The translations under genes and the position numbers were made by a program. A stretch of 64,000 nucleotides of DNA, from NCBI GenBank assembly GCA_041674205.1, contig JBAYWF010000004.1, forward strand, positions 26,721-90,720. Reading direction: 5' to 3'. Source of the stretch: Parcubacteria group bacterium (GTDB taxonomy: Bacteria; Patescibacteriota; Minisyncoccia; Moranbacterales; UBA2206). Of the stretch, positions 27,698 through 39,005 are shown in pieces (position 1 is the first letter of the stretch; the number at the start of each line of letters is the position of its first letter). The notes below the pieces were generated by a model that saw nothing but the letters and a program-made list of their open reading frames with translations, was not told where the DNA came from and did no database searches.

Positions 27698-28138
27698 TCA
27701 GGCGTTTTCAACCAGCACCATGATCATCGCTTCGATTTTGTGGTCCAGTTCGATTTTCACTTCATATTCCCCCAGCTCCCTGATCGGTCCTTTCAATATG
27801 ATTGATTTTTCCGGTACGGTTATGTTTTCCTTTTTCAATTCTTTCACGATATCCTTGACGCCTACTGATCCGAAAAGCTTCCCGTCTTTGGATTTGACGA
27901 TAAGCGTGATCGCCTTGCCCTCCAACCGATCGGCCAATTCTTGTGTCTTTTCCAAATCCAATTGGTCTTTCTCGGCTTGTTTTTTCTGGATAACTTCAGC
28001 TTTCTTCAAGCCTGATCCGGTGGCGATTTCAGCCAGCTTTTTCACGAATAGAAAATTCCTCGCGTAGCCTTCCGCGACTTCCTTTATGGCGCCTTTTTTT
28101 CCAAGGCCCTTCACGTCTTGTAGGAGGATGATTTTCAT
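27698..28138 (-). CDS. rplI: 50S ribosomal protein L9
   Basis: [30 protein letters not shown] is the canonical L9 N-domain. Confidence 0.85.
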   Translation of the reverse strand: MKIILLQDVKGLGKKGAIKEVAEGYARNFLFVKKLAEIATGSGLKKAEVIQKKQAEKDQLDLEKTQELADRLEGKAITLIVKSKDGKLFGSVGVKDIVKELKKENITVPEKSIILKGPIRELGEYEVKIELDHKIEAMIMVLVENA

Positions 28139-28191
28139 ATAGTTATTATACCAAAAACTGGAAGTATGGCAAATCCGGATAACCAGAATGG

Positions 28192-29736
28192 TCAGGCCGC
28201 GGATATTGCCGCACGTATGGCTCTTATTTCTCCCGTCTTCAGATCCAGTTCGACCTCATCCCCGTCCTGCAGAATCCGCGTAGCGTTTTTCGTACCGATG
28301 ATGGCCGGCAAGCCGAGTTCGCGTGAAACGATCGCCGCGTGGCACGCCAAGCCGCCCTCATCGGTGATTATCGCGATGGCTTTTTTCATAAGCGGCACAA
28401 ACTCGATCCTGGTCATGCTGGTCACCAAAATCCTGCCCGCTTCAAAATCACTTTTGTCCGGACGCAGGATTATGCTCACAATCCCTCTGATTTTTTCTTG
28501 GCCGCCCCGGCTGGCTACCACGCCCATCAATCCGCTTGCAGATTCGATCTTGCTTGCCAACCCGAATAAATCCCTGGCCTCATCGCCGAAAAAAATGTTC
28601 CGCTTGCCATGCTCGAATGCCAAGAATACGCCCGACTCCCTTTTTGCGATAATCAACGGATCGACTCGCACGTCCTTTTCCAGCAAATCAAACAATTCTT
28701 CCATAAAATACGCGGTGCAGGTGTGATAATCGATTTTTTTGCGTTCCGTGATTTCCCGCAGCATGGAATAGATGTAATAGAATTGCTTCATCATTCCCGA
28801 TTTCCTTTGATCAAACCACAAAATTGCCTTTTGGGAAAATTCAATATCCATCAAATCAACCTCTCTTAGGGCATAGCGCTTTTTAAGTTCATTTTTACTA
28901 GCATGGATATTTGAGAAATTATCTTCTATTTTAGCCAGTTCATTTTCCAGGTCGGCTTCGTTTTTTATTTTTAATTCATTTTTAACTTCATCCCTCAATG
29001 AATATCCATCTACACGCGTCGCCTCATAAAAATTCGTTTTAATCCAGAAAAAATCCCGTATATATTTATCGACTAGCGGTTGGACATTTTTATCTTCCCA
29101 CGCTTTAGCGAAATCATCATTCCCAGAACTATGGATTTTCCGGTTAACCGTCAGACATATTTCAAAAAAATTCTTTCGTTCCTGATTGAAAACCGCCATC
29201 TCATCCGGATGCGCCAACACGCTCACCGCTTCCCGCGCATCTTCATAGCTGATGCCATGGCGTTTTTGGAATCGCGGCACCACTTCCCAATTGACTACCT
29301 CCGCTTTGTCTTCGCCGGTAGCGGCACATTTCCACCACTCATAGGCCAGCTCGTTTATTTTCCTAAAATATCCAGCGAATTCAGCGTCTGGAATTCCCCC
29401 TTCCGCCCTTTCCAGATATTCCAACCCCAAGCGGTCGATTTCTAGAGCCAATTTTTGTTGGGCTTGGATTTTGTTCCGCATACCCTCCGGGTTTTCCAAA
29501 TAATCTTCGTAAAACTTTTTGGAAACCTTTTTGATATCGTCCCGTGAAATCAATTGGTAGAAAACGTCCGCCCCTTGGCCGAAATAGCAATGCACGTGAT
29601 CATAATCGACTCCGGTGATTTCCGCCGAATCCGAATAGGCCCGGAAAACCCAATCGGCCGCGTTGAAAGCCGCCCGGGCGCTTTGCACGTCGATTTCATT
29701 TTCCGCCAGATATTTTTTCAATTCTTGCGCGTCCAT
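28192..29736 (-). CDS. Phosphotransferase paralog 1: variable N-terminal domain (~400 aa) + C-terminal PEP-utilising-enzyme phosphohistidine swivel domain
   Basis: C-terminus GVVASRGG...[48 protein letters not shown] matches the PEP-utilisers mobile domain. The conserved His codon falls at about 28339-28341. No ATP-grasp or PEP-binding barrel. Confidence 0.7.
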   Translation of the reverse strand: MDAQELKKYLAENEIDVQSARAAFNAADWVFRAYSDSAEITGVDYDHVHCYFGQGADVFYQLISRDDIKKVSKKFYEDYLENPEGMRNKIQAQQKLALEIDRLGLEYLERAEGGIPDAEFAGYFRKINELAYEWWKCAATGEDKAEVVNWEVVPRFQKRHGISYEDAREAVSVLAHPDEMAVFNQERKNFFEICLTVNRKIHSSGNDDFAKAWEDKNVQPLVDKYIRDFFWIKTNFYEATRVDGYSLRDEVKNELKIKNEADLENELAKIEDNFSNIHASKNELKKRYALREVDLMDIEFSQKAILWFDQRKSGMMKQFYYIYSMLREITERKKIDYHTCTAYFMEELFDLLEKDVRVDPLIIAKRESGVFLAFEHGKRNIFFGDEARDLFGLASKIESASGLMGVVASRGGQEKIRGIVSIILRPDKSDFEAGRILVTSMTRIEFVPLMKKAIAIITDEGGLACHAAIVSRELGLPAIIGTKNATRILQDGDEVELDLKTGEIRAIRAAISAA

Positions 29737-29737
29737 A

Positions 29738-31159
29738 TTATTTTATTATTTTTACCAATCCATGATTCGCCTTGACTTCCACCAGCATTCCGTCTTTCAA
29801 AACCTTGGTCGCGATTTTTGTGCCGATGACGGCCGGAATGCCAAGCTCGCGCGCCACGATGGCCGCGTGGCAAGTTATACCACCTTCATCCGTCACAATA
29901 GCGGCAGCTTTACGCAAAGCAGGAATAAATTCAGGACGAGTCATAGAAGAGACCAAAATATCGCCCTCCTCCACTTTGTCTATGGTTTTAATGTCCTTGC
30001 AAATAATCACTCGTCCGATAGCGGTTCCAGCATTGGCAGTCGTGCCGTGTAAATCCATTCCGAAATCATGCTTAGCCGCTTCTTTTTCCTTTTTAATTCT
30101 AGCATACTCCGCATAATCCCCGCCTATGGATTTCTTTTCTCCCTGTTCATCCACAAGAAACAATACGCCCTGGGTCCTTTCCGTCAGCTCGCCTTCCATA
30201 TCCTTCATTTTTCCAATCGTTTCCATTCCCATGACATCATCCACTCCCAGGTAGGATAGCAGATGGCTGGCGACTCCCATCCTTTGCGCCAATTCATCCA
30301 TAATAATGCCTAGATTGCTGATAGCTCTCAAAATATTTTCTTTCCTTTCGTCCTGCCAGACCGTACAAAAATCGATTATTCCGATCATCTCTTTCAGTTC
30401 CGGACCCAAATCCATACTAGGCATATTCTCTTGTTTCGAAGAAATTTCTTTTTTATCAACCATGCTAGCTATCCTTTCCTTGAGCGAAGCAATAGTGATT
30501 TTTTTCGGACCGACATAGCTGTTTTGGATCCAAAAATATCTTTTCAAATGCGCTTCGAGCGCCGCTTCAAATTCCGCGCCTTCCAAGGACATGGTTTTTT
30601 TAAGATCGTTTTCTTCCCTGGCTATGAAAGAGATTTCCGTAGGCGCCGTTATGGCGGCGAAATACTTATTGAAACTTTTTTTATCCTCAAGGGAATCGAA
30701 TAATTTTTCCTTCAATTCTTTCTCCAGTTCCATGCCGATTCCTTCCAGCACATGGGCGATGCCTACGGAATCAGTCATAGCTTCCAAACTTTTTTTGAAA
30801 TGGTCCAAAAGCCCCACGTCGTCCATCAGAGCCACCTCTCCAGCTCCGACGCTATCAAACATCTCCCGATGTTTTTTAAAAATTTCTTCGTACCGGTTTT
30901 TAATCTTAACCAGATAATCATTGTCTTCCCCGATCTTCTTCTTCGCCTGCATCCAAACGTCGGCCAGATCGCTTTGCAAATAGCCGTATTCGCAATAATC
31001 ATCCTGGTAACTGCAAATGAAACCGGAATATCCATATCCCAGATGTTTTTTCATCGGCACCAGGCTTGCGGCGCAAGAGTTCAAAAAAATCGGCACGCCG
31101 TTGAATCCTTGGATATACCAATCCTTTTCCAGTGCCATTTCCAGATCTTTTTTGTCCAT
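29738..31159 (-). CDS. Phosphotransferase paralog 2: variable N-domain + phosphohistidine swivel domain
   Basis: C-terminus GTAIGRVIICKD...ILVSSMTRPEFIPALRKAAAIVTDEGGITCHAAIVARELGIPAVIG. The N-domain shares a YFWIQNSY-type motif with paralog 1 (YFWIKTNFY) but is otherwise divergent. Confidence 0.7.
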   Translation of the reverse strand: MDKKDLEMALEKDWYIQGFNGVPIFLNSCAASLVPMKKHLGYGYSGFICSYQDDYCEYGYLQSDLADVWMQAKKKIGEDNDYLVKIKNRYEEIFKKHREMFDSVGAGEVALMDDVGLLDHFKKSLEAMTDSVGIAHVLEGIGMELEKELKEKLFDSLEDKKSFNKYFAAITAPTEISFIAREENDLKKTMSLEGAEFEAALEAHLKRYFWIQNSYVGPKKITIASLKERIASMVDKKEISSKQENMPSMDLGPELKEMIGIIDFCTVWQDERKENILRAISNLGIIMDELAQRMGVASHLLSYLGVDDVMGMETIGKMKDMEGELTERTQGVLFLVDEQGEKKSIGGDYAEYARIKKEKEAAKHDFGMDLHGTTANAGTAIGRVIICKDIKTIDKVEEGDILVSSMTRPEFIPALRKAAAIVTDEGGITCHAAIVARELGIPAVIGTKIATKVLKDGMLVEVKANHGLVKIIK

Positions 31160-31171
31160 ATGTTTTTTTTA

Positions 31172-31813
31172 TTAAGACTGAAGATTTTTCTCCGCCTCGA
31201 TCAAATCATGCAAACTTCCGATTTCAACATAGCCCTCTTTCGCCCGCAAACCGTCGCCATCATTCAGGATGTGGTATAGGCGGTAGCCGAAATCGCCGGC
31301 TTCTTTTTTGACTTCTTCGGCGGCCTCCGCGAAGTTTCCGCAATTTTTGAGTTTGTCATCGGTATACACGACCGTCCGGAACCCTTCGGCATATTTTTTC
31401 CGCAAATAATCCAGAAGCATCTCTTTGGTTTTCACGTTCGTTTCGGCATAATCGAAAGTCGAGTTTATTTTTTTGAAAAACTTCCGCACATCAAATCCGA
31501 TCCGCGGGGTGAGATATTCCGCCCGCCAGTCGATCTGTTCCGGGTTGCCTTGCGTGAAAACCTCGCTGTGCTGCGCCCATTCCAAAACTTCCTGCGCGCC
31601 CGGCATCAGATCAAGCTTGAAATACCAGCCTTCGCCATAAGGTATTTTATACATTTCTTCCTCTTCCCGCGCGGAAATACCGTCCATTTTTCTGCCAAGT
31701 TCGTTTTCCAGCCAATCATAATAGCCGGCAAATCCGGTTTTCTCCGCGTCCCATTCCTCCCGGAAAATCGTCCCGGCCAGATCCCAAAGATACAATGTTT
31801 TATTATTTTTCAT
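31172..31813 (-). CDS. Hypothetical protein with weak HAD-like features
   Basis: LYLWDLAGTIF resembles a degenerate HAD motif I (second Asp absent). TVVYTDDK is motif-IV-like. Assignment is weak. Confidence 0.3.
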   Translation of the reverse strand: MKNNKTLYLWDLAGTIFREEWDAEKTGFAGYYDWLENELGRKMDGISAREEEEMYKIPYGEGWYFKLDLMPGAQEVLEWAQHSEVFTQGNPEQIDWRAEYLTPRIGFDVRKFFKKINSTFDYAETNVKTKEMLLDYLRKKYAEGFRTVVYTDDKLKNCGNFAEAAEEVKKEAGDFGYRLYHILNDGDGLRAKEGYVEIGSLHDLIEAEKNLQS

Positions 31814-32393
31814 CTATTTCTCTAATTAATTTTTTTATATCTTTAAAAATTATCACTTTCATTCCCGCCAATATGGCGCCTTCCACCCTGTCCGGGCGAT
31901 CATCGACATAGATAGCCTCCCCTCCGGATATCCCGGCTTGGGCGAGAGCATAGTCAAAAATTTCTTTTGCCGGCTTGCGGATATGCAGATCACCCGACAC
32001 CGCGATGATATCGAAAATGCCGTTCCATCCGAAGTTATTGGAAAAATATTCGAACCATTCCTTGGGATTATTGGAAATGACGCCGATTTTATATTTTTTC
32101 TTCAAGGTCCTAATATAATCCACGAGCTCGGTATTTTGAACGAAGCCCCCAAGTACGGATTCCCGTAATCGATTTACATCCAGCCCATTCTTAAAATTCT
32201 TACTTACCTCATCGAAATATTCTTTTTCAGAAATTTTACCCAGCGTAAAATCCTTCCAGTATGGAAAATCGCGCATTGCCGCGTAAAGACTGCCTGGCGC
32301 CAAGGAATTATCCTTTTCATATTCCCTGATTCCGGAGATAAACCCCTCTTTTACCAGGACATTTCCCGAATCAAAAAAAATCGCTTTTATCAT
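31803..32393 (-). CDS. HAD-superfamily hydrolase-fold protein (subfamily IA-like, variant motif I)
   Basis: IFFDSGNVL (motif I, second Asp replaced), IGVISNN (motif II), K...YVDDRPDRVEGAILAGMKVIIF (motifs III/IV). Confidence 0.55.
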   Translation of the reverse strand: MIKAIFFDSGNVLVKEGFISGIREYEKDNSLAPGSLYAAMRDFPYWKDFTLGKISEKEYFDEVSKNFKNGLDVNRLRESVLGGFVQNTELVDYIRTLKKKYKIGVISNNPKEWFEYFSNNFGWNGIFDIIAVSGDLHIRKPAKEIFDYALAQAGISGGEAIYVDDRPDRVEGAILAGMKVIIFKDIKKLIREIDEK

Positions 32394-32399
32394 ATGGTT

Positions 32400-33899
32400 T
32401 TAACTTGTAGCCCGTTCAATGATTTTTATCACGCCTGTTTTGGCATCCACTTCCACTAGATCATTATCATGGATTATCCTCGTGCCGTTTTTCGTATCCA
32501 TCACGCAAGGAACGCCTAGTTCCCTCGATACGATCGCCGCATGCGAAGACAATCCGCCCTGATCGGCTATTATAGCTGCCGCCTTTTCCATCGCCACCAC
32601 GAAATCCGGGGTAGTGAATTGGGCGACCAATATATCGCCCTTGTTTACTTTCGGGATATCCTTTTTGTCCAGGCAAATTTTCGCCCTTCCGCGAATAATC
32701 CCTCCCGAACATGCCACTTTGCCTTTTAGCTCCTCGGATTTTACGACATCGACGAAATAATCTTTTTCCATTTTTTTTATTTCTTCCGGATCGGTAATCA
32801 GCCGCGTCTTTGAATTACGGACGATCATAGCATAATTGGAATGCCTCCGCGCCATTTCTTCCGCATCGGGCAATACCTTGCCTTCCAGGGCGCCAAACAT
32901 TTCCTCATCCGTGATTTCCATGATTTCATCCGGATTGAAATTAGATCTTCGGGCGATTTCGGAATAGAGAAAACTCGCTCCAAAATCAGCATTGAAGAAA
33001 GCTTCTACGCGCCTATTGCGCAAATATGAATGATGTTTGGCCTTTCTGATTATTTCCAGAAAGTCAGGCTTAGGTTTTATCTTATCCAGCGCCGCTTCAT
33101 AGTCCGCCTCCACTTTTTCTTCCGAAGCGTTATAGTCCATCTCGTCCAATTTCATTCCATCGTCCACCTGTTTTTTTATTTCTTTCAAGCGATTGATTAT
33201 GTCCTCAAAAGAATAGGGCCGGCTAGTAGCCAATCCCCTGTTTATATAGGCGTATTTATCCAGATGATCATCGATAATATTCCTAGCCTCAGCCGATAAT
33301 CCATCCAGATCCTCCATTTTTTCAAAAAAATCCTTCGCAATCGCCAATAGAGCTATCCTTTCCTGGCTCACTTCGGTCGCTTTTTCCGGATCGGTAAACG
33401 TCAGCACTAGGTTCCTGAATCCAGAATCGCTAGAAGGGATGTATTCCGCCAAATTGTTCTCAATCGCGTTCTCAAAATACTCATCCAGTGGATATTGCGC
33501 ATACCAGGCGCCGACCAGACTCCTATATTTATTCAATATATCAGCCAAGGATTCCTTCAACTCAGAATTGTCTTTTTCTTTCCAATTGATTTTTTTAAGT
33601 TCTAATCCTTTTTTATACAGATTCTCGCATTCTTCCAATTCTCTTTGGCAATACCGCTCAAACCAACCATCATTAGCCTTAAGATGATCAATCACTTCTT
33701 TTTCGAAACTGTTATATTCCGACGCCTCCCAATACATCATATGGTTCAAGAATGTGCGGTTGCAAAGCACGGTTTTAATTTCGACTTTGCTAGCATCCTC
33801 CTTGTTAAAAGCAGAATTTATCATAAAACGCAAGAAAATCGGAAGTTTTCCCGAAGGTTTGATCCTCCATTTCCCCGAATGCATGACCGCTGATGACAT
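32400..33899 (-). CDS. Phosphotransferase paralog 3: variable N-domain + phosphohistidine swivel domain
   Basis: C-terminus KGKVACSGGIIRGRAKI...[46 protein letters not shown]. Confidence 0.7.
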   Translation of the reverse strand: MSSAVMHSGKWRIKPSGKLPIFLRFMINSAFNKEDASKVEIKTVLCNRTFLNHMMYWEASEYNSFEKEVIDHLKANDGWFERYCQRELEECENLYKKGLELKKINWKEKDNSELKESLADILNKYRSLVGAWYAQYPLDEYFENAIENNLAEYIPSSDSGFRNLVLTFTDPEKATEVSQERIALLAIAKDFFEKMEDLDGLSAEARNIIDDHLDKYAYINRGLATSRPYSFEDIINRLKEIKKQVDDGMKLDEMDYNASEEKVEADYEAALDKIKPKPDFLEIIRKAKHHSYLRNRRVEAFFNADFGASFLYSEIARRSNFNPDEIMEITDEEMFGALEGKVLPDAEEMARRHSNYAMIVRNSKTRLITDPEEIKKMEKDYFVDVVKSEELKGKVACSGGIIRGRAKICLDKKDIPKVNKGDILVAQFTTPDFVVAMEKAAAIIADQGGLSSHAAIVSRELGVPCVMDTKNGTRIIHDNDLVEVDAKTGVIKIIERATS

Positions 33900-33917
33900 A
33901 TGATTGTAATTAAAAGA

Positions 33918-34868
33918 TTATTTTGCTGATTCTTTAGAATTTTTCCATTCCTTATACTTGCCCACCAATGCCAGAAATTTATTTTTGTCGATAAAAACTT
34001 TGCTTTCCGCCGGTCGGCTGCCACCCTCGAACCTGACCGGTATTTTATCCGGCAGATCGTTCGGATTTTTGATATCCAAATAGATCGATTCGTTGGTATC
34101 GATAAAACCGCCAAAGTCCTCGTTTTCAAAATCGGAAATCGGTCCTTCCTGGCCATCCGCTCCCAGCATAACGCCCGCCTTCTTCAACAAGGCCTCCATG
34201 AACATGCCATGCGTAACAGTATTCAATACGGCATCCTTTTTAACATTGGAATCATCCCCACCCCGGTATCGCCTATCATATCTTCCCGCTATTTCAAATT
34301 CGTGATTCAATTGTTGCGCTAACCCCATAGCCATCCGGGTTATCACCTCATCGTTTTCTTCCCTTAGGATATATCTGAATCCGACCGCTTGGTTTTTGGC
34401 CCGGATCGGTGCGATTTTTTCTTGGTCGGGCAATTTCGTAAGGTCGACTTTCAATTTTCCATTTTCATCCCTTTCAGTCGACTCGCCTAATTCCCGCAGG
34501 GTTTCTTCATTGATCAAATCAGCAGCTTTCCCTAGCTGTTTTTTCAAATCCGGATTCAATATCCCATATTGGATATCCTCGACTTTGCGCGTAGCATATT
34601 GCTTCCCGGTCAATTCCGACTTGATGCCGCTTTTTTCAGAAATGAGATCGCCAGTAATAAAAGCTCGGTCGCTTTTTTCATCACTGGCATAGGCCTTCAG
34701 CACCTCGGCCTCTTCTCCGATTTGCCCGCCCTTCCCACTTGCGTTTTCAATGCCCTCGGGAGAAAGTTCACCTGAAGCCAGCCTTTCCGCGTGCCTTGTG
34801 ATCATAAAGACATATGTGGGTTCTTTTTCAAATGTTACTTCTTTAGGGCCGCCTTCCTTGAAACTCAT
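33918..34868 (-). CDS. Histidine-phosphatase-superfamily protein (phosphoglycerate-mutase-like branch)
   Basis: VFMITRHAERL gives the RHG-type catalytic motif (R-H-A-E). Confidence 0.5.
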   Translation of the reverse strand: MSFKEGGPKEVTFEKEPTYVFMITRHAERLASGELSPEGIENASGKGGQIGEEAEVLKAYASDEKSDRAFITGDLISEKSGIKSELTGKQYATRKVEDIQYGILNPDLKKQLGKAADLINEETLRELGESTERDENGKLKVDLTKLPDQEKIAPIRAKNQAVGFRYILREENDEVITRMAMGLAQQLNHEFEIAGRYDRRYRGGDDSNVKKDAVLNTVTHGMFMEALLKKAGVMLGADGQEGPISDFENEDFGGFIDTNESIYLDIKNPNDLPDKIPVRFEGGSRPAESKVFIDKNKFLALVGKYKEWKNSKESAK

Positions 34869-34902
34869 AAATTTATTCTTAAATATTTATGTTTTTATTA
34901 TA

Positions 34903-36381
34903 TCACGATTTATTCAATATTCTCACGATCCCCATATCCGCATCCACTTCCACCAAGTCCCCGTCATGCAAAATCTGCGTCGCAATTTTGGTGCCGATGA
35001 TGCAAGGGATTTTCAGCTCACGGGAAATTATCGCAGCATGCGAAGTTATACCACCCTCGTCAGTTATTATAGCTGAAGCTTTTTTCATAAGCGACACGAA
35101 TTCCGGCCGGGTCATGCCAGTTACCAATATTTCGTTTTTCAAAAAATAATTTCTTTGCGCCCGATAGCTATGTATAACTCGCACTCTGCCTTGCACCTTT
35201 CCAGGTGATCCAACACTCCCCTTAATAATATTTCCTCCATATTTTTCTAAGGATTGTTGTTGTAAATAATAATCATTGATCTGTTTTTTAACGTCTTCGT
35301 GCTTTCCGATATTTTCTATCATTTTACCACCCTTATCTATAAATACCGAATATTCAGGAAAACGCGCTTGTACTATGTGGCTTATGGAAGAAATATATTC
35401 AGATCCTTTCAAGACTTCATGAAAATGAGTATACGGAATATATTTTTCTCCTACAGCACACTGAGCGAATATTTTTTGCGCAAATCTATATGTAACAGTT
35501 GTAAAGCGAGCCATAGAATCCTTCCTTACATCTCTTAATTTCATAATTGCTTGTATATATTCAACGAGTTTTATTTCTTCCGAGGAAAGAGTCCTGATCC
35601 ACCGCGCATATTCTTGTCGCCTTTCTTTTTCAGCATCAATATCCCGCCTAAGGATATCGTCGATTTGGGCTAATGAAAAATCACCGAAATCTTTTTTTAA
35701 ATTTGACGCGACTTCTGACGCGGATTTGATATGGTCATAATGGGCTTCAAAAAACTGGCATTTTTCCCCTATTTTCTCCCAAGAACAACCTTCCTTTATC
35801 ATATTGATAAGTATATGTCTCCTTCTGATATCAAACGAATGGGAAACGGGCCATGTCGCATTCTCCCAAAGGGATCGCACCCTATCCGGATTTATATCGC
35901 TTTTCACTTGTTTGAGAAATCCCAGACACATCCGCTCATCAAATGCGATGGAAAAAAATAGCGCTGCGTTCATATCCCATACCGCGTCTCTTATGGCAAT
36001 CACATCGTCTTTGATTTCAGACTCCTGCTTCAACGCGATGTAATGATATGTGAGTTTTTCATAAATTTCCGATATCTTATCATCAAGCCTATGAAAAATT
36101 TTAAATCGTTGATCCAATATGTCCTGGCCTTTCCAATGTCTCAGAAAAATTTCCTCGGAATGCCGTTGCGCCTGCGAAAAATGATAGTAATAAATACCCT
36201 CTTTAGAATTCATCGTGACAACAAGCGGGAATGACAAATCATCATCATAATACTTTTTAAAGTATTTTCTAGTATTCCATCCGCTTGACTGGACAATCAT
36301 AGCGCCATTGTATAAGGCCGGAGAAATTTCCTCATTTCGTGACGCCCGCGTAAATAATTGTGCCACACCATATGTTTCCAT
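34903..36381 (-). CDS. Phosphotransferase paralog 4: variable N-domain + phosphohistidine swivel domain
   Basis: C-terminus GSVGSPGKVQGRVRVI...[72 protein letters not shown]. Confidence 0.7.
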   Translation of the reverse strand: METYGVAQLFTRASRNEEISPALYNGAMIVQSSGWNTRKYFKKYYDDDLSFPLVVTMNSKEGIYYYHFSQAQRHSEEIFLRHWKGQDILDQRFKIFHRLDDKISEIYEKLTYHYIALKQESEIKDDVIAIRDAVWDMNAALFFSIAFDERMCLGFLKQVKSDINPDRVRSLWENATWPVSHSFDIRRRHILINMIKEGCSWEKIGEKCQFFEAHYDHIKSASEVASNLKKDFGDFSLAQIDDILRRDIDAEKERRQEYARWIRTLSSEEIKLVEYIQAIMKLRDVRKDSMARFTTVTYRFAQKIFAQCAVGEKYIPYTHFHEVLKGSEYISSISHIVQARFPEYSVFIDKGGKMIENIGKHEDVKKQINDYYLQQQSLEKYGGNIIKGSVGSPGKVQGRVRVIHSYRAQRNYFLKNEILVTGMTRPEFVSLMKKASAIITDEGGITSHAAIISRELKIPCIIGTKIATQILHDGDLVEVDADMGIVRILNKS

Positions 36382-36394
36382 ATTGAATATGATA

Positions 36395-37882
36395 TCACGA
36401 ATTTATTTTTAATATTCGAACTGTCCCGCGATCCGCATCCACCTCCACCAAATCCCCGTCGTGCAAAATTTGCGTCGCGATTTTGGTGCCGATGATACAA
36501 GGTTTTTTCATTTCTCGAGCGACGATAGCCGCGTGGCAAGTGACACCGCCTTCGTCTGTCACAAAAGCAGAAGCTTTACGCATAGCCGGAAGATAACTAG
36601 GCTTGGTCATATGCGCGATCAAAATATCCCCTGCCTTCACTTTCATCAAATCTTGCTCGTTGTTTAAAACTTTTACTGCGCCCCTTGCGATCCCATGCGA
36701 GGCCACCACTCCCATAATTTCAGTTTTCACATCTCTAACCAAAGATTTCTTGCCAATTTCCCGCCCGATTATTTTCTCCGCTTCCGTGCCGACATGATAA
36801 TTCTCCTTGCCGTCACACATCCACATAAATGTTCCATCCCTATGGGATACTTCCCTAAAATCAAAATTTTTACCGCCCACCAAGTCCTTGTATTCAGAAA
36901 ATTTCATAAAATACCGCGCCTCTTTTGGAACATCAAATCTCCTAATCACCTCCTTGAATAAAATATTTATATACTGATGGGATCTAGTATATATGCCATC
37001 CCTATATTCCTTTAAATAAATAATTTTTCTCAATGCGGAAAATAAATCATGATGCCTCTTATCAATATTCAATTTATTTTCTATGTCTTTTATATTTTTC
37101 GCGATTTCTTTCTTTCCAGGAAGAGTGGACAATCCCTTTTCCGATAAATCCTTTAATCTCGGAATAAAATCCCCCGGCTCCATTATGGGCCCAAGAAATT
37201 GATAACCCAATGACTGCCAACCGAATTTCTCCGCATGCTTCTTTAATGCCAACGACGCTTTGGTTCCTGAAATAGATTCCCCCTTTCTGATCATTTTCAC
37301 GATCTTCCAAAGATTTTCATCACTTAATCTGGCCCAAGACTTTCCCGGATTGTAGGCAAGCTTAGAAAAATATTCTCCGAGTTTATTTTCTTCGCCCGCG
37401 TCTTTTAATTTTGATTTCAAATACGGGATTACTTCATCCTCAATGGCAAAGGTGGCGATTACCGGAATATATGTATATATGGCTAAATTTTCATAGGCTT
37501 TTTCAAAATCACTCAAATATTTCAAAAGTTCCTTATCACCTTTACTAGAAAAGTCGATTTTAGAAAATTTTTTGCTATACGCTATCAGGTTTCGGCCATT
37601 TTTAAAATGATATTTTTCCAGTCTGTCTAAAAAATTCGTTTCTTTTTTTATTTCTCTCAAGAAAAATTTGGCAAAATTATCCAAATCCTGTTGTTTCCAA
37701 TATATGGATATTTTATCGCCCTCCCATAAATAAATATGTCCGAGATAGGTTTTGGCAAATTTCTTAAATGCCGGATGGAAAGGATGCGCGCTATCCCGCA
37801 AGTTGCAATATGAAACCGCAATTCCCTCCCGCTCCGTCCAAAGCCACCATTTGGATTTATTTTTAGATCTGGTTTTCTCCAT
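36395..37882 (-). CDS. Phosphotransferase paralog 5: variable N-domain + phosphohistidine swivel domain
   Basis: C-terminus GVVASHGIARGAVKVL...ILIAHMTKPSYLPAMRKASAFVTDEGGVTCHAAIVAREMKKPCIIGTKIATQILHDGDLVEVDADRGTVRIL. Confidence 0.7.
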   Translation of the reverse strand: MEKTRSKNKSKWWLWTEREGIAVSYCNLRDSAHPFHPAFKKFAKTYLGHIYLWEGDKISIYWKQQDLDNFAKFFLREIKKETNFLDRLEKYHFKNGRNLIAYSKKFSKIDFSSKGDKELLKYLSDFEKAYENLAIYTYIPVIATFAIEDEVIPYLKSKLKDAGEENKLGEYFSKLAYNPGKSWARLSDENLWKIVKMIRKGESISGTKASLALKKHAEKFGWQSLGYQFLGPIMEPGDFIPRLKDLSEKGLSTLPGKKEIAKNIKDIENKLNIDKRHHDLFSALRKIIYLKEYRDGIYTRSHQYINILFKEVIRRFDVPKEARYFMKFSEYKDLVGGKNFDFREVSHRDGTFMWMCDGKENYHVGTEAEKIIGREIGKKSLVRDVKTEIMGVVASHGIARGAVKVLNNEQDLMKVKAGDILIAHMTKPSYLPAMRKASAFVTDEGGVTCHAAIVAREMKKPCIIGTKIATQILHDGDLVEVDADRGTVRILKINS

Positions 37883-37896
37883 AATTTATAAAATCT

Positions 37897-38991
37897 TTAT
37901 TCCTCGCTCGCTCTCTTTAAAATTTTAACCACCCCCTTATCCGCGTCCACTTCCACTTCATCACCCGTTTTGAATGAGAGCGTCGCGTTAACCGTATTTA
38001 CGATACAGGGGATATTAAGCTCCCGCGACACGACTGCCGCATGGGAAAGCATTCCTCCGGTATTCGTAACGATCGCTGCCGCTTTTTTACATAACAATAG
38101 GACCTCCGGGCTGGTAGTCTCCGCTATTAGAATATCTCCCTTTTTCATTATTTTATCAATCTCCATAATCTGCTTATGATTATCGAACATCGGAACCACT
38201 ACAGCTTTTCCCGAAACCATCCCCCTGCTCGCGCTAACGCCTTTAACAATTTTCCTATTCACCCTTTCAGCAAATCGATCAAAAATATTTTTGGCTTCTT
38301 GATATGGGAATACCGCCAGCTTTCCCTTATGGTTTGTAGCCGCATAACATTTTTCTCTTCGTTCATAATCTTTTGGCGGCATATGTCCGTCAAAAAGCCC
38401 TCTTATCTCATCGGTGTAAAGATACTCGGCTTTCACGTCGTATTTCCTGGAAAAATATTTATAAATATTTTCCAAGACACCGCCCCTGAAATAATAGTCG
38501 TTCATAATTTCCCGGACTTCGAATTTAAATCTACCAGCATAATCCAAGTTTTTCTTTATGACCTTATTATCGTTCTTTTGAGCCACGGCATATGCATATT
38601 CTTGGAAATAGGCTTCTAAAAATCCATATCTTTTCCATAATAATCCCATGAAGTTTCTTGCATCAATGAATTCTTCTTTGGTTAAATTTTCGGGAACTTT
38701 TTTAAAATCTTTAATTATCCCTGACTTCGCTTCTCGTATATATTCCTTATATTCCTCAATATATCCATTAAATTCTTCCTGATTTCCATATAGCTCCAAC
38801 CCTTGTTCCGCCCAATCTTTTTCATGTCGACGGCTTATATATGAATAAAATACCATATTTTGGTTCATGACAAGCATATCTTGTCCCAGTGGACCCTCCA
38901 GAAGAAATTCACTATGCATACATCCGATAAGCCCGTCTGTACGGAAATATTTAATGAAATCTTCCGGATTCAATTGGTTTGGGTTTATCAT
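37897..38991 (-). CDS. Phosphotransferase paralog 6 (short N-domain, ~260 aa) + phosphohistidine swivel domain
   Basis: C-terminus GVSASRGMVSGKAVVV...ILIAETTSPEVLLLCKKAAAIVTNTGGMLSHAAVVSRELNIPCIVN. Confidence 0.65.
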   Translation of the reverse strand: MINPNQLNPEDFIKYFRTDGLIGCMHSEFLLEGPLGQDMLVMNQNMVFYSYISRRHEKDWAEQGLELYGNQEEFNGYIEEYKEYIREAKSGIIKDFKKVPENLTKEEFIDARNFMGLLWKRYGFLEAYFQEYAYAVAQKNDNKVIKKNLDYAGRFKFEVREIMNDYYFRGGVLENIYKYFSRKYDVKAEYLYTDEIRGLFDGHMPPKDYERREKCYAATNHKGKLAVFPYQEAKNIFDRFAERVNRKIVKGVSASRGMVSGKAVVVPMFDNHKQIMEIDKIMKKGDILIAETTSPEVLLLCKKAAAIVTNTGGMLSHAAVVSRELNIPCIVNTVNATLSFKTGDEVEVDADKGVVKILKRASEE

Positions 38992-39005
38992 ATATTTATT
39001 TACAG

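Noticed and set aside
28192-38991. Possibility that the swivel-domain genes are fragments/pseudogenes of one PEP synthase (ppsA) or PPDK gene
   Set aside because: Each is an intact ORF of 364-514 aa with its own start. The N-terminal domains are mutually divergent and full-length. None contains ATP-grasp or PEP-binding TIM-barrel sequence. Six independent in-frame fragments of one gene would not look like this. Only 39835-40047, 40858-40900 and 42925-42975 are true fragments.
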